The notes under the pieces: generated by a model
Databases searched by the model: none
The model's input: only the letters and a program-made list of their open reading frames with translations
What the model was told of the DNA's origin: nothing
Assembly: GCA_049646915.1 (NCBI GenBank)
Contig: JBARWR010000071.1
Coordinates: 1 to 58,152, forward strand
Origin: Microbacterium sp.
GTDB lineage: Bacteria; Actinomycetota; Actinomycetes; Actinomycetales; Microbacteriaceae
Direction: 5' to 3'
DNA: 58,152 nucleotides
Translations under genes and position numbers: made by a program
Shown: one piece after another, positions 40,506-50,527 of the stretch
Numbering within the stretch: the first letter of the stretch is position 1
How the letters are laid out: every line of letters starts with the position of its first letter

Positions 40506-40837
40506 CACAGAACAAACGCACCCCATCGGTGAATCAACGCAATGCTCTCGCTCCCAGCTTGGTCGCCGCAGCGGTACTGTTTCTCGCTCCCGTGCTGCTG
40601 GCTGGAAGCTGGTCCGCTATTGTTCTGTTCGTCGTCTCGATCCTTGCCGTCATCGTCGGCTGGTTCGCACTGCAGGCGCGACAGTGGTGGTGGCTCCCCG
40701 TGTTCGCCACCGTCGCTGTGATCTGGAACCCGGTGTTCCCACTGCCATTCGTCGGCCCAATCTGGATTACAACACAGCCGGCTGCGGCCGTGTTGTTCAT
40801 CGTTGCGGGCGGATTGATCAAGGTGAAGCGCGCATGA
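40502..40837 (+). CDS. DUF6804-like membrane protein
   Basis: RNALAPSL, QARQWWW, AVIWNPVFP. Confidence 0.7.
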   Translation: MTQNKRTPSVNQRNALAPSLVAAAVLFLAPVLLAGSWSAIVLFVVSILAVIVGWFALQARQWWWLPVFATVAVIWNPVFPLPFVGPIWITTQPAAAVLFIVAGGLIKVKRA

Positions 40838-40967
40838 TGCGCGGCTGCCTGCGGGAGGACACGAGTCGTACCGTCGCCGAGGAAGGATATGTCGATAATC
40901 ACCGCGCGACTGAGCTGGATTCCAGCAGCACCAGTCTCGGGAAGCGGTGAGAGAAGACAGCTGAACC

Positions 40968-42587
40968 ATGCCGCTAACGACGCTCTCAGCTCGGTTGAGC
41001 TCCACCGCCACTAAACGCGGCCCGGCCGGATCTTGGATCAGCCCACTGCTGCCGCTGCGCGCAGCAGTACCCGTCGCCGTCGTCGCCGGTGTGGCGCTGG
41101 ATCTCGCGACCCCCGACGTAGGGTGGTGGCCTCTCACCTTCGTCAGCGTCGCGCTCGCCCTGGCGACATTGGTCGGGAGGAGCATCGCGGGAGCCTTGAT
41201 GCTCGGTCTTGTCTTCGGCGGCAGCTTCTACGCGCTTCATCTGGCATGGGTGGGCCAGTTCCTCGGCCCGTTACCGCGTATCGCCCTATCCGGTCTCGAG
41301 ACGCTGATGGTGGGTATCGGTGCGATCCCGATTGCGCTGGCGTACCGGTGGACCGGCCGCTTTCACCGACGAAGCATGGTTCAGATCTTCGTGGTGCCGC
41401 TCCTGATCGGTGGACTGTGGACGGTGCGCGAGATCGTGATGGGCTCGTGGCCATACGGCGGGTTCCCCTGGGTGCGATTAGGAATGACACAGGTCAACGG
41501 GCCCTTCCCTGAGGTCGCATCCTGGATCGGAGTCACTGGACTGTCGTTCCTCGTTGCGATCGTGTCTGCGGCGCTGGTGCAGTGGATTCGTGCCGGGGGC
41601 ACCCGCTTCTTCCTGGGACTGCTTCCCGTCGGGGCCACGGCCGTCATCCTCATGGGGGTACCACAGTTTCCGACCACGGATGCTGGAACCTTCACGGTCG
41701 GGTGGGTGCAGGGAAACGGGCCCTCCGGGTACTTCGACGACAGACGACCAGGAGCTATCCTCGACGCCCACTCCACTGCCACCGAGTCGCTGATCGGGTT
41801 GCCGATGGATCTGCTCGTCTGGCCTGAGGGCTCCGTCGACTCCGACCCGCTCAACGAGAGCGCCACTGCGACGGAATTGGACCGTATTGTCACGTCGGCT
41901 CAAGCTCCGCTTCTGGCCAATGCTGCCACGACTCGAGGTGGCAGAACTTTCAACACCTCGCTGTTGTGGACAGCCGACACCGCAGACCCGCAGATGCACG
42001 ACAAGGTGCATCCTGTGCCATTCGGGGAGTATGTGCCGGATCGTTGGCTGTATGAGAAGCTAGCGCCGGATCTGGTCCAGCTCATCCAGCGCGAGTACAC
42101 CCCGGGCACTACCGCTCCTGTCATGAACGTGGGACCCGTGCGGGTGGGACTCGCCATCTGCTTCGACGTGATCTTCGATGATGTGATCCAGGCCGGTGCC
42201 CAGGACGGGGCACAGCTTTTCGTTTTCCAGACCAACAACGCCGACTTCCGAGGCAGCGACGAGAACCTGCAGCAACTCGCCTTCGCACGCATGCGCGCGA
42301 TCGAGACGGGACGAGCTGTGGTCAATGTCTCAACCGTGGGCACCAGCCAAGTCATCAGTCCGGCCGGCGAACCCATCGAGATGATCGGCATCGACGAAGC
42401 CGCTGCCAAAATCACCACCCTTCCACTCCGCACCGGACTGACCCCCGGCATCATCTTGGGGCCATGGCTGTCCGACCTCATTATCGCGATGTCGCTCGCT
42501 CTCCTGGCTCTCGCTGCACTCACTCGTCACGTCGGACTCACAGCCGACGTTCGACGTCGTCCGCCGAAAAGGAGGCTTGCCCTTTGA
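40968..42587 (+). CDS. lnt: Apolipoprotein N-acyltransferase
   Basis: GGFPW, QGN, WPEGS, KVHPVPFGEY, ICFD, QTNN, RMRAIETGR. Confidence 0.93.
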   Translation: MPLTTLSARLSSTATKRGPAGSWISPLLPLRAAVPVAVVAGVALDLATPDVGWWPLTFVSVALALATLVGRSIAGALMLGLVFGGSFYALHLAWVGQFLGPLPRIALSGLETLMVGIGAIPIALAYRWTGRFHRRSMVQIFVVPLLIGGLWTVREIVMGSWPYGGFPWVRLGMTQVNGPFPEVASWIGVTGLSFLVAIVSAALVQWIRAGGTRFFLGLLPVGATAVILMGVPQFPTTDAGTFTVGWVQGNGPSGYFDDRRPGAILDAHSTATESLIGLPMDLLVWPEGSVDSDPLNESATATELDRIVTSAQAPLLANAATTRGGRTFNTSLLWTADTADPQMHDKVHPVPFGEYVPDRWLYEKLAPDLVQLIQREYTPGTTAPVMNVGPVRVGLAICFDVIFDDVIQAGAQDGAQLFVFQTNNADFRGSDENLQQLAFARMRAIETGRAVVNVSTVGTSQVISPAGEPIEMIGIDEAAAKITTLPLRTGLTPGIILGPWLSDLIIAMSLALLALAALTRHVGLTADVRRRPPKRRLAL

Positions 42588-43591
42588 CCCCGCCTACCCC
42601 TAATCACCGCAAACCGAACGTTCATCAGACACCCCGAAGTCGTGACGAATCAAACGGCCGCGCGCGCGGTACCGAACATGAGGTTGAATTCGCCCTCACC
42701 CGAGCAGCACTGCGTCGCGAGCGGCAGAGGGAGGGCACGACCGCGACCGGGCGTGTTGCGCGCGTCTCTGACGGACCGTCAGGGGACCACATCGCCATCA
42801 GGATTCTTGGCGATCATCCGGTTGTGCCCACGAGGCGCAATTACGTTCAACCAACGCAGAAGCCGACTCCGCAGAGATGGATCACGCGCCGAATCGATCA
42901 GAAACTGCTGAGGATCGGCACGCTCGCGGTGGCAGGTGCCTTCGCCGTCGGAATGACGATCCCCGCCGTCGACCGCGAAGGGCTCGAACGGACTTCAGCG
43001 GCTCAGTCCAGCGCCGCCGTCACTGAGGAGAACGAACTCGAGGATGAGATCCAGGCCTTCGTCGCCCCCCGGGACACGCGTGCCGAAGAATTGGATCGCG
43101 AGACCCAGTTCACCGTCGTCACGGTCGCGGATCTTGCTGCGGCTGCAGGAATCCGCCACTTCACCGGCAGCCTTCCGACCGACTCTGATGCGGCACTGCG
43201 GTGGCCGTTCCCCGTCGGCGTTCCGACATCGTCGAGCTTCGGTCCGCGCGATGGCCGGATGCATGTGGGAGCCGACTTCACTCCGGGCTCGGGGGCGGAA
43301 ATCCAAGCCATCGCCGACGGGGTCGTACGGATCGCGACTGAACAGGGAGGTGCCTTCGGTGTCACCGTGTATATCGAGCATGTCATCGATGGACGTTCCG
43401 TGTTCAGTCGCTACGCACACATGCAGTACGGCTCGTTGAACGTTCGCGAAGGCGAGCGGGTCACAGCGGGGCGGAAGGTCGGGCTCGTCGGCAACACAGG
43501 CAGAAGCTTCGGCGCGCACCTGCACCTTGAGATCACGGACGGGGAAGAGAAAATCGATCCGGTGGCGTGGCTGCAAGAGAAGACCAGCTGA
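42584..43591 (+). CDS. M23 family peptidase
   Basis: HVGAD, YAHM, HLHLEI; TTG start after aaggagg overlapping lnt stop. Confidence 0.8.
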   Translation: MTPPTPNHRKPNVHQTPRSRDESNGRARGTEHEVEFALTRAALRRERQREGTTATGRVARVSDGPSGDHIAIRILGDHPVVPTRRNYVQPTQKPTPQRWITRRIDQKLLRIGTLAVAGAFAVGMTIPAVDREGLERTSAAQSSAAVTEENELEDEIQAFVAPRDTRAEELDRETQFTVVTVADLAAAAGIRHFTGSLPTDSDAALRWPFPVGVPTSSSFGPRDGRMHVGADFTPGSGAEIQAIADGVVRIATEQGGAFGVTVYIEHVIDGRSVFSRYAHMQYGSLNVREGERVTAGRKVGLVGNTGRSFGAHLHLEITDGEEKIDPVAWLQEKTS

Positions 43592-43630
43592 TATGTGCGC
43601 GTCAACATCGCATGCCCCGGCCCACGAATA

Positions 43631-43678
43631 GGACTTGGACCCCGGTGAACGTTGTGTCTGATACGGGGGTCCGGGTCC
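43631..43678. terminator. Hairpin between convergent operons
   Basis: ggacttggacccc ... ggggtccgggtcc. Confidence 0.45.
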
Positions 43679-43779
43679 AGCTTCGCTGAGAACAGAACAA
43701 GGACAGCTCCGGGCTAATTAGGGGTCCGGTCGGGAGGTGATTGGCCGAGTCGGACATATCTGCCGCGTGATCGGCCGGC

Positions 43780-44330
43780 TCGATGCGATCGGCGCCAGCA
43801 GCGAGATCAAGTAGTCGCCTGATTCGGTGAAGCAGGTCGATTCCGTCGCCGCGGATCATGCGAATCTCCTGTCGGTGCAGACAAGATGTCGGCCACGTCA
43901 CACCTGCTCGGCCACATCCGCAGTTGCCGGAGTACCTGCGGAGGCGGCAGTGATCGCGGCTCTTTGCGGGTGCGTGTCCCGGTCTTGTAGACGGCGAGGT
44001 GCCGGACCATGCCGAAGCGCTCGAAGACGGCGCCGAACTTAATGAACACAGCGAATTTGCTGGCCGCATCGATCGCGACGACCGTCAGCGGAACCGAGAT
44101 CGCCAACGCACACGGAGGCCGCGCCTGGCACCACGAGCGCGCAAGTGATCCACATCATCGGGTCGCCCAGCAGCGACCCGATAGGCGCGACGAGCGCCGC
44201 GAGGATCATTACCCCGGGTACCAGCTGGCGGGCAATCCTGTCCGCCAGACGAGCACGAAGATGGCACTGATCGTCATCATCAGCCCGATGCCGAGCTTGC
44301 CCTTGAATACCTTCCGAATCGCGTCTCAGA
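43780..44330 (-). pseudogene. Degraded cadA-type P1B-ATPase copy
   Basis: Colinear patches matching parts of 45900-47310, with deletions and frameshifts; DKTGT is YKTGT. Confidence 0.8.
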
Positions 44331-44476
44331 CCGCGTGGGAAGCGGCAGGAGAGGGGGAATCGCAACGTTCCCATCCCTGCGGGCGACGACGAAGAGGGAA
44401 CATAGAGTGACCCCGACCAGCTAGTGCAGAACTTCGCCGTTGCGGTTCAACGAAATCGAACCAAGGTGGAGGGATC

Positions 44477-45010
44477 TCACTCTTTGGGCTCATCCTCGGC
44501 GCGGATCATAAGGAGCGCTCCGGCGATCGCGGCCGCGAAGATCACGATGTCGGCAATGTTCCCGATGAACCAGTTTCCGTAGGCGAGGAAGTCCACGACG
44601 TGACCCCGGGCGAACCCGGGATCTCGGAAAAGACGGTCGCCTGCGTGTGAGGCGGCAGCGCCGCCGAGCGCGCCAATGATGATCGCCCATCCCAGCCGTT
44701 GCACTCGGAACGTGAACACGATCGCTGTGACCGTGGCGGCGACAGCGAGCAGCGCGAACACCCAGGTGAAGTCCTCACCGAACGAGAATGCTGCTCCGGG
44801 GTTATAGGCGAGCTGCAAACCCAGCAGGTCACCGATCAGCGGGATGCGCTCACGCTCGCTGAGGGTCGCTTCGGCCCACACCTTCGTTCCCTGATCAATC
44901 AGCACGACGACCACGGAGATCAAGAGCGCTCCACCAGTGAGCTGCCACCGTCGCGTCGACGACAGCTTGCGCGCAGCGGGCGGATGAGCCTCTGCCTGGG
45001 AGGAGGTCAT
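44477..45010 (-). CDS. lspA: Second signal peptidase II
   Basis: DQGTK, NPGAAFS, SHAGDR (variant of GNxxDR), VVDF, NIAD. Confidence 0.82.
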   Translation of the reverse strand: MTSSQAEAHPPAARKLSSTRRWQLTGGALLISVVVVLIDQGTKVWAEATLSERERIPLIGDLLGLQLAYNPGAAFSFGEDFTWVFALLAVAATVTAIVFTFRVQRLGWAIIIGALGGAAASHAGDRLFRDPGFARGHVVDFLAYGNWFIGNIADIVIFAAAIAGALLMIRAEDEPKE

Positions 45011-45615
45011 GCGAGGACCTCGATCAGACGGACGATGACCCCAGATTCGATCAGGATGAACAGGCCCAGGCCGATGAACACGACGGGGACGAGCCAGTGC
45101 TCGACGCGTTCGAGCGTTTCGGTGACGGCCTGGTGGGTGCCGATCAGTCGCCCGGCAGCGCACCAGACGGCGACGAGAATGAGGAACACGACGATCATGA
45201 CCGCGACGTCGCCGGGGGTGCTGGTGCGGAAGATCGGTGTGTAGAGGGAGATGTTGTCGGCCCCGTTGGCGATCGTGATACCTGCGACGCCCCATAGTCC
45301 GACTGCGGTGATCTTGGAGTCGTCGTCATCGTCATCGCCGTTGCGGCGCAGGCCGCGAATGAGCGTCCCGATGCCGATGCCGAGCGGGATCAGACCCAGG
45401 AAGCCGACCCATTCGTCCGGGACGATGGTGAGACCGAGGGCGGCGATCACGCTGATCACCACGAGGGTGAGGAACCCGAGGTACTGGCCCGCGACGATCT
45501 GCCACGGTCGCGGCTTCCCTCGACTGGAGGCGAGGAACAGCACGGTGAGCACGACGATGTCGTCGATGTTGGTCGCAGCGAACAGGCCGATCGCCGAGCC
45601 GATGGTGGCGAGCAT
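45007..45615 (-). CDS. cadD: Cadmium resistance transporter CadD
   Basis: ATNIDD, GQYLGF, NGADNISLYTP. Confidence 0.9.
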   Translation of the reverse strand: MLATIGSAIGLFAATNIDDIVVLTVLFLASSRGKPRPWQIVAGQYLGFLTLVVISVIAALGLTIVPDEWVGFLGLIPLGIGIGTLIRGLRRNGDDDDDDSKITAVGLWGVAGITIANGADNISLYTPIFRTSTPGDVAVMIVVFLILVAVWCAAGRLIGTHQAVTETLERVEHWLVPVVFIGLGLFILIESGVIVRLIEVLA

Positions 45616-47531
45616 CAGCTTTCCAGTCGTGGCGCGCGGGTGCGGGCGGCACGCAGGCCGTTGAGGATCACGATGACCTCCGCGACCTCGTGGACCAGGA
45701 CGACGGCCGCGAGCCCCAGGACGCCGAAGAGCGCGAGCGGGAGCAGTGCGGTGATGATCAGCAGCGACAGGATGATGTTCTGGTTGATGATCCGTCGACC
45801 GCGCCGGGCGTGGTCGAACGCCCGTGGGATGAGGCGGAGATCATGGCCGGTGAAGGCCACGTCGGCGGATTCGATTGCCGCGTCGGAACCGGTCGCGCCC
45901 ATCGCGATACCGATGTCTGCGCCAGCGAGGGCCGGGGCGTCGTTGATGCCGTCGCCGATCATCGCGACCGGTCCCGCCTTTGACAGTTCTGCGATCGCGG
46001 TCGCCTTGTCCTCCGGGCGCAGTTCCGCGCGCACGTCGCTGATCCCAGCCTGTGACGCCAGTGCGCGAGCGGTACGGGCGTTGTCGCCAGTGAGCATCGT
46101 CACCCCGACACCCTGACCGGTGAGCGTCCGGACTACCTCGGGGACTTCCGGGCGCAGCTCGTCGCGGACGCCGATCGCGGCGACCGGTGACCCGTTACGG
46201 TGCACGATCACGACGGTCATGCCCTGCTCTTCCAACTCCGCGACCTGCTTCCGGAGGTCGCCGGCGTCCAGCCAGCGGGGACTGCCGACGGTGATTCTCG
46301 ATCCGCCGACAGTGCCATCGATGCCGTGCCCGGCCTGCTCGGTCACATCCGCGGCTGCCGGTGTCCCCGGGGCCGCGGCGGTGATCGCTGAGGCGAGGGG
46401 ATGCGTGCTGTGCTGCTCCAGTGCGGCCGCCCAGGCCAGCGCCTGCGTCTCGGTCACGCCGTTCGCAGTGAGCACGGCGGTGACCGCAGGTTCGTTGCGG
46501 GTGAGGGTGCCCGTCTTGTCGACCGCGACGTGGCGGACTGTGCCGAAGCGCTCGAAAACGGCGCCGGACTTGATGATCACGCCGAACTTGCTTGCTGCGC
46601 CGATCGCGGCGACGACCGTCAGCGGCACCGAGATCGCCAGCGCACACGGAGAAGCGGCGACCAGCACGACAAGCGCGCGGGTGATCCACACCTCTGGGTC
46701 GCCCAGCAGCGACCCGATGATCGCAACAAGCGCGGCGAGGATCAGAACGCCGGGCACCAGCGGGCGGGCGATCCTGTCCGCGAGACGCGCACGCTCGCCC
46801 TTCTCGGTCTGCGCCTTCTCCACCAGCTCCACGATCGTGGTGAGCGAGTTGTCGGTGCCAGCAGCGGTCGTTTCGACCTCCAGCGCGCCGGCGCTGTTGA
46901 TCGCGCCGGCCGACACCGCATCGCCGGGCTCGACCTCGACGGGGATCGACTCCCCGGTGATCGCCGAGGTGTCCAGGCTGGAGCGGCCAGAACGGACGAT
47001 CCCATCGGTCGCGATCCGCTCACCCGGGCGGACCACCATGACCTGGCCGACCGTCAACTCTCTCGCCGGCACCTGCGCAGAGACACCGCCCCGCAGCACG
47101 GTCGCTGTCTCCGGCACGAGCTTCAGCAGCGCCCTCAGCCCGCCACGGGCACGGTCCATCGCCTTGTCCTCAAGCGCCTCCGCGATCGAGTACAAGAACG
47201 CCAGAGCTGCAGCCTCCTCCACGTAGCCGAGGATGACCGCGCCGATCGCGCTGATCGTCATCAGCAGCCCGATGCCGAGCTTGCCTTTGAACAGTTTCCG
47301 GATCGCGCCGGGCGTGAACGTCGATGCGCCCAGGAGCAGGCCGGCCCAGAACAGCACGAGCGCCGGGATCTCGAGTCCGGACCATTCGAAGACTAGACCG
47401 GCCAGGAATGCGACACCGGAGAAGACCGGCACCATGATCCCGCGGTCCCTCCACCAGGGCCGCTCCACCTCTTCGGTCTCATCGTCCGCCGCAGTGGCAG
47501 GCTCGTGCTCGCAGCCACACGCCGCACTCAC
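45615..47531 (-). CDS. cadA: Heavy-metal (Cd/Zn/Co) P1B-type ATPase
   Basis: GTG start, CGCEH, TGES, SPC, DKTGT, HPL, GDGIND, HEVAE. Confidence 0.88.
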   Translation of the reverse strand: MSAACGCEHEPATAADDETEEVERPWWRDRGIMVPVFSGVAFLAGLVFEWSGLEIPALVLFWAGLLLGASTFTPGAIRKLFKGKLGIGLLMTISAIGAVILGYVEEAAALAFLYSIAEALEDKAMDRARGGLRALLKLVPETATVLRGGVSAQVPARELTVGQVMVVRPGERIATDGIVRSGRSSLDTSAITGESIPVEVEPGDAVSAGAINSAGALEVETTAAGTDNSLTTIVELVEKAQTEKGERARLADRIARPLVPGVLILAALVAIIGSLLGDPEVWITRALVVLVAASPCALAISVPLTVVAAIGAASKFGVIIKSGAVFERFGTVRHVAVDKTGTLTRNEPAVTAVLTANGVTETQALAWAAALEQHSTHPLASAITAAAPGTPAAADVTEQAGHGIDGTVGGSRITVGSPRWLDAGDLRKQVAELEEQGMTVVIVHRNGSPVAAIGVRDELRPEVPEVVRTLTGQGVGVTMLTGDNARTARALASQAGISDVRAELRPEDKATAIAELSKAGPVAMIGDGINDAPALAGADIGIAMGATGSDAAIESADVAFTGHDLRLIPRAFDHARRGRRIINQNIILSLLIITALLPLALFGVLGLAAVVLVHEVAEVIVILNGLRAARTRAPRLES

Positions 47532-47887
47532 GCGTCCGCCCCCGTCCCACAGCAGCCGGCCACCGTGCACGCTGAGTCCACGCAGGGTGCGTGCTCATCG
47601 ACAGCCAACGTCACATCCACCAGCGCGACGAGCGCAGCAGCAAGATGCGGATCCGCGAGCTCGTAGCGAGTCTGGCGGCCCTCATTCTCAGCGACCACGA
47701 TCCCGCAGTCGCGCAGGCAGGTGAGGTGGTTCGACACGTTCGAGCGCGTCAGCTCCAGCTCGCGTGAGAGCACAGCCGGGTAGCTCGGGCCGCCGAGGAG
47801 GGTCATCAGGATCCGCGAGCGCGTCGGATCCGCCATCGCCCGGCCGAGCCGGTTCATGACGTCGAGGCGTGAAGCAATAGTCAGCAT
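47528..47887 (-). CDS. cmtR: ArsR/SmtB-family Cd/Pb sensor (CmtR-like)
   Basis: ADPTRSRIL, SNHLTCLRDCG, C-terminal Cys cluster. Confidence 0.85.
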   Translation of the reverse strand: MLTIASRLDVMNRLGRAMADPTRSRILMTLLGGPSYPAVLSRELELTRSNVSNHLTCLRDCGIVVAENEGRQTRYELADPHLAAALVALVDVTLAVDEHAPCVDSACTVAGCCGTGADA

Positions 47888-47913
47888 GCGCTGAACTATA
47901 CAGCACATGCTGA
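47881..47913 (-). promoter_or_regulatory. Leaderless cmtR promoter with tandem operator palindromes
   Basis: TCAGCATGCGCTGA and ACAGCACATGCTGA flank -10 TATAGT (47895-47900, minus), 7 nt before the ATG. Confidence 0.7.
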
Positions 47914-47950
47914 CCTTTACTTCACTGTGCTACGACGGCGGCATCCTTCG

Positions 47951-48871
47951 TCAGCGCCGATTGTTCTGGTCGATCTGCTGGAGGTAGGCGTTGTACGCTT
48001 CCAGCTCAGCATCTTCACGGGCGTCGTTCAAGCGAGCACGGCGCCGATCGCGCGACTGCCAGCGGGAGAGGCAGACGATGAGTACGATGAGCAGCGGCAA
48101 CTCCGCATAAGTCCATAGCAGCATCCCCGCAATCGCCTGGTCGAAGGCCGGATCCACTCCTTGCTGCGGGACTGTGTAAGCGGTCAACAGCGGTTTTCCC
48201 GCGCGAATCAGGATGAGTCCGAGAATGGCGTGAACCTGTATCTCGACGACGATATCGATCAGGCGTGCCGGGAACGACGGCGCCCGTGGGAGCGGGTCCG
48301 AGGACCACAGAGGCACAGCCGCAGTGATTCCCGCGCCCAGGAAGAAGATGAGGAGGAGAGTCGCACCGACCCGGTTGGTCATCACGACGCTGACCACATC
48401 TGTCAGGTAGAGGCCCGGGAATGCGACGAGAGCGATCGCGATGGGCATGAGCGGGTGGAGGAGTGCGCGCGTCCACCGCGATCGAAGTCCAGCGTGAGCA
48501 ACTCGCAGGATCAACCGTCCGGCTCCCCGGTGTGAAGTGCTGCGGAGAAGGAGCCGACCTGGAGACCCGAGGATGAGGAGGGGCGGGATGACGGTCATCG
48601 CGGTGATCTGCTGGAACATCAGCGCCGTGAGTGAAACGCTCGCGTAGCGGTTCACGCCGAAGGTCGCGATCACGAACATCAGTGCACATCCGAGGACGAA
48701 CGAGATCGTCCTCGGCGCCGACCAGGGCCTACTACGCACCCACATCCGGATCGCGCCCTGCAAATACCAGGCACACAGCAGCAGCGCAGCAACTGCGATT
48801 ACGGGCGATGCACCAACCAAGTCGAATTTGAACCAGTCGGGGAAGAAAGGAAGGATGGCGTCTGTTGACAC
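47951..48871 (-). CDS. Caa3_CtaG-family cytochrome c oxidase assembly protein
   Basis: WSAPRTISF, MFQQ...PPLLILGSP, LLHP, HAILG, DQAIAG..LW..AELP. Confidence 0.8.
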   Translation of the reverse strand: MSTDAILPFFPDWFKFDLVGASPVIAVAALLLCAWYLQGAIRMWVRSRPWSAPRTISFVLGCALMFVIATFGVNRYASVSLTALMFQQITAMTVIPPLLILGSPGRLLLRSTSHRGAGRLILRVAHAGLRSRWTRALLHPLMPIAIALVAFPGLYLTDVVSVVMTNRVGATLLLIFFLGAGITAAVPLWSSDPLPRAPSFPARLIDIVVEIQVHAILGLILIRAGKPLLTAYTVPQQGVDPAFDQAIAGMLLWTYAELPLLIVLIVCLSRWQSRDRRRARLNDAREDAELEAYNAYLQQIDQNNRR

Positions 48872-49567
48872 GCAGCCTCCTTGAAGCGTCCGCGGTATTC
48901 GATGTCGATGCTCTAGCCGGACGACCGAGCATCCCTGCCGGGGTCGTGAACCGCGGTCCGGGTCCCCTCTCAGCCTAGACCGTGACTTCCCCTCGGTTCC
49001 CGCTCTACTCCGACCACCCGACTGATCTCGTAGTCAAGAACCGGTACTCGTTGCTTCCTGAAGGTGCCTTCCGCTCTCCGGAGACGACTTTACGTGTGGC
49101 TCGTCGGTTTGCCGATTCCGGCTGCGACGCTCACGTGGTCGCCGTCGCGACAAGTGAGGAAGAGAACCTTCTCACCGCGACGTCGCGCACTACGCCGGGT
49201 GCAGACTGCCCTGCCCGCCCAGTTCATCACACCTGCCGAAGCGCGCAGAGCGCGCGCGACGTCAGTGCGCTGATCGCGGCTGCCGCTGACAGCCGGGTCG
49301 TGGATTGTGTTTCCGCGCTCAACCGTCGAGGTGAGCAGGTTTTCGATGGCGAGCGCTCACCGGCGGGGATACTCAGCGGCGCGTCCCTCGCACTCAATGT
49401 TGCCGAGTCGGAGCCGCGGAGCGCGCTGGAGGCAGTGCAGTGGTTGAGTGAGCTTCGTCACATGACTCAGTATGCGAAAACGATGGAATCCGTACCGGAG
49501 TCACCGGCCGTGAGTGATGTGACTGTGGCCCCAGCGGGGAGATGATCTGGCTTGCATTGGAACGATG

Positions 49568-50527
49568 TCACAATCCTGAGTATGAGTGCAATCCGGGTAT
49601 GAAGACGTTGACGATGGCGTAGTTGAAGATGACGGCGAGGAACCCTGTGATCGCTAGCCACGCGGAACGTGTTCCGCGCCATCCGCGGGTGGCTCGAGCG
49701 TGGATGTATCCGGCATAGATGATCCAGATGATGAACGTCCAGACCTCCTTCGTATCCCAACCCCAGTACCGGCCCCAGGATCGTTCTGCCCAGATAGAGC
49801 CGGCGAGTAGGGTGAAGGTCCAGAACACGAATCCGATCACTGACGTGAGGTAGGTGAGGTTCTCCAGCTTCGTGGTGTCGGGCAGCGTTTTCATCAGCGC
49901 CAGCGACTTTTTGCCTGCTTCCCGCCGGGTCTGCAGGAGCTGGGTGACGGCGAGGCCGGCTCCGATGGCGAACAGCGCGGTTCCGAGCGACGCAACGATG
50001 ACATGGATGATGAGCCAGTAGGAGTCCAGCGCCGGGGGCAGCGGCTTTACCGGAACGTAGTAATTGACGGTCCCAGCCCCCAGGGTCATCAGGATGAACC
50101 CGGCGATATACACCCCTAGGAACTTAAGGTTCTGCCATCGTTGTATGACGATGAAGACACCGCCGACCAAGGCGGAGGAGATCAGCGAGAACTCGTACAT
50201 GTTCGCCCATGGCACGAAGCCCTGCGCAAGGCCTCGGAGCACCACGCCCGCGACGTGGAACATCCAGCCAAGAACAACGAGCGAGAACGCGATGCGCTCG
50301 CACGTGCGGCGTGGTGCGCGCCGCACCGAATCGGGCTCGGTCTTCTGAAGCGTGGCGATGGCCCCGTTCGCTTCGGACCCGCGATGAGACACGGTTGTGG
50401 TGACGGCTACAGGCGTGCGTGCCGACCGTTTTGCCATGTCGATTGCGAACATCATGAACGCGAGCGTGTAGACGCCCATGGCGGTGTATACCGTGACGAG
50501 AGAGTATTCATCGAGCAAGAGGTTCAT
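49568..50527 (-). CDS. ccsB: Cytochrome c biogenesis WWD protein (CcsA/ResC; actinobacterial CcsB)
   Basis: PWANMYEF, WLIIHV, WGRYWGWDTKEVW, GLHSYSG. Confidence 0.93.
   Translation of the reverse strand: MNLLLDEYSLVTVYTAMGVYTLAFMMFAIDMAKRSARTPVAVTTTVSHRGSEANGAIATLQKTEPDSVRRAPRRTCERIAFSLVVLGWMFHVAGVVLRGLAQGFVPWANMYEFSLISSALVGGVFIVIQRWQNLKFLGVYIAGFILMTLGAGTVNYYVPVKPLPPALDSYWLIIHVIVASLGTALFAIGAGLAVTQLLQTRREAGKKSLALMKTLPDTTKLENLTYLTSVIGFVFWTFTLLAGSIWAERSWGRYWGWDTKEVWTFIIWIIYAGYIHARATRGWRGTRSAWLAITGFLAVIFNYAIVNVFIPGLHSYSGL

Noticed and set aside
48982..49545. 187-aa ORF, or a fourth SRT leader upstream of ctaG
   Set aside because: No recognisable motif or RBS; no minus-strand SRT-stop ending found
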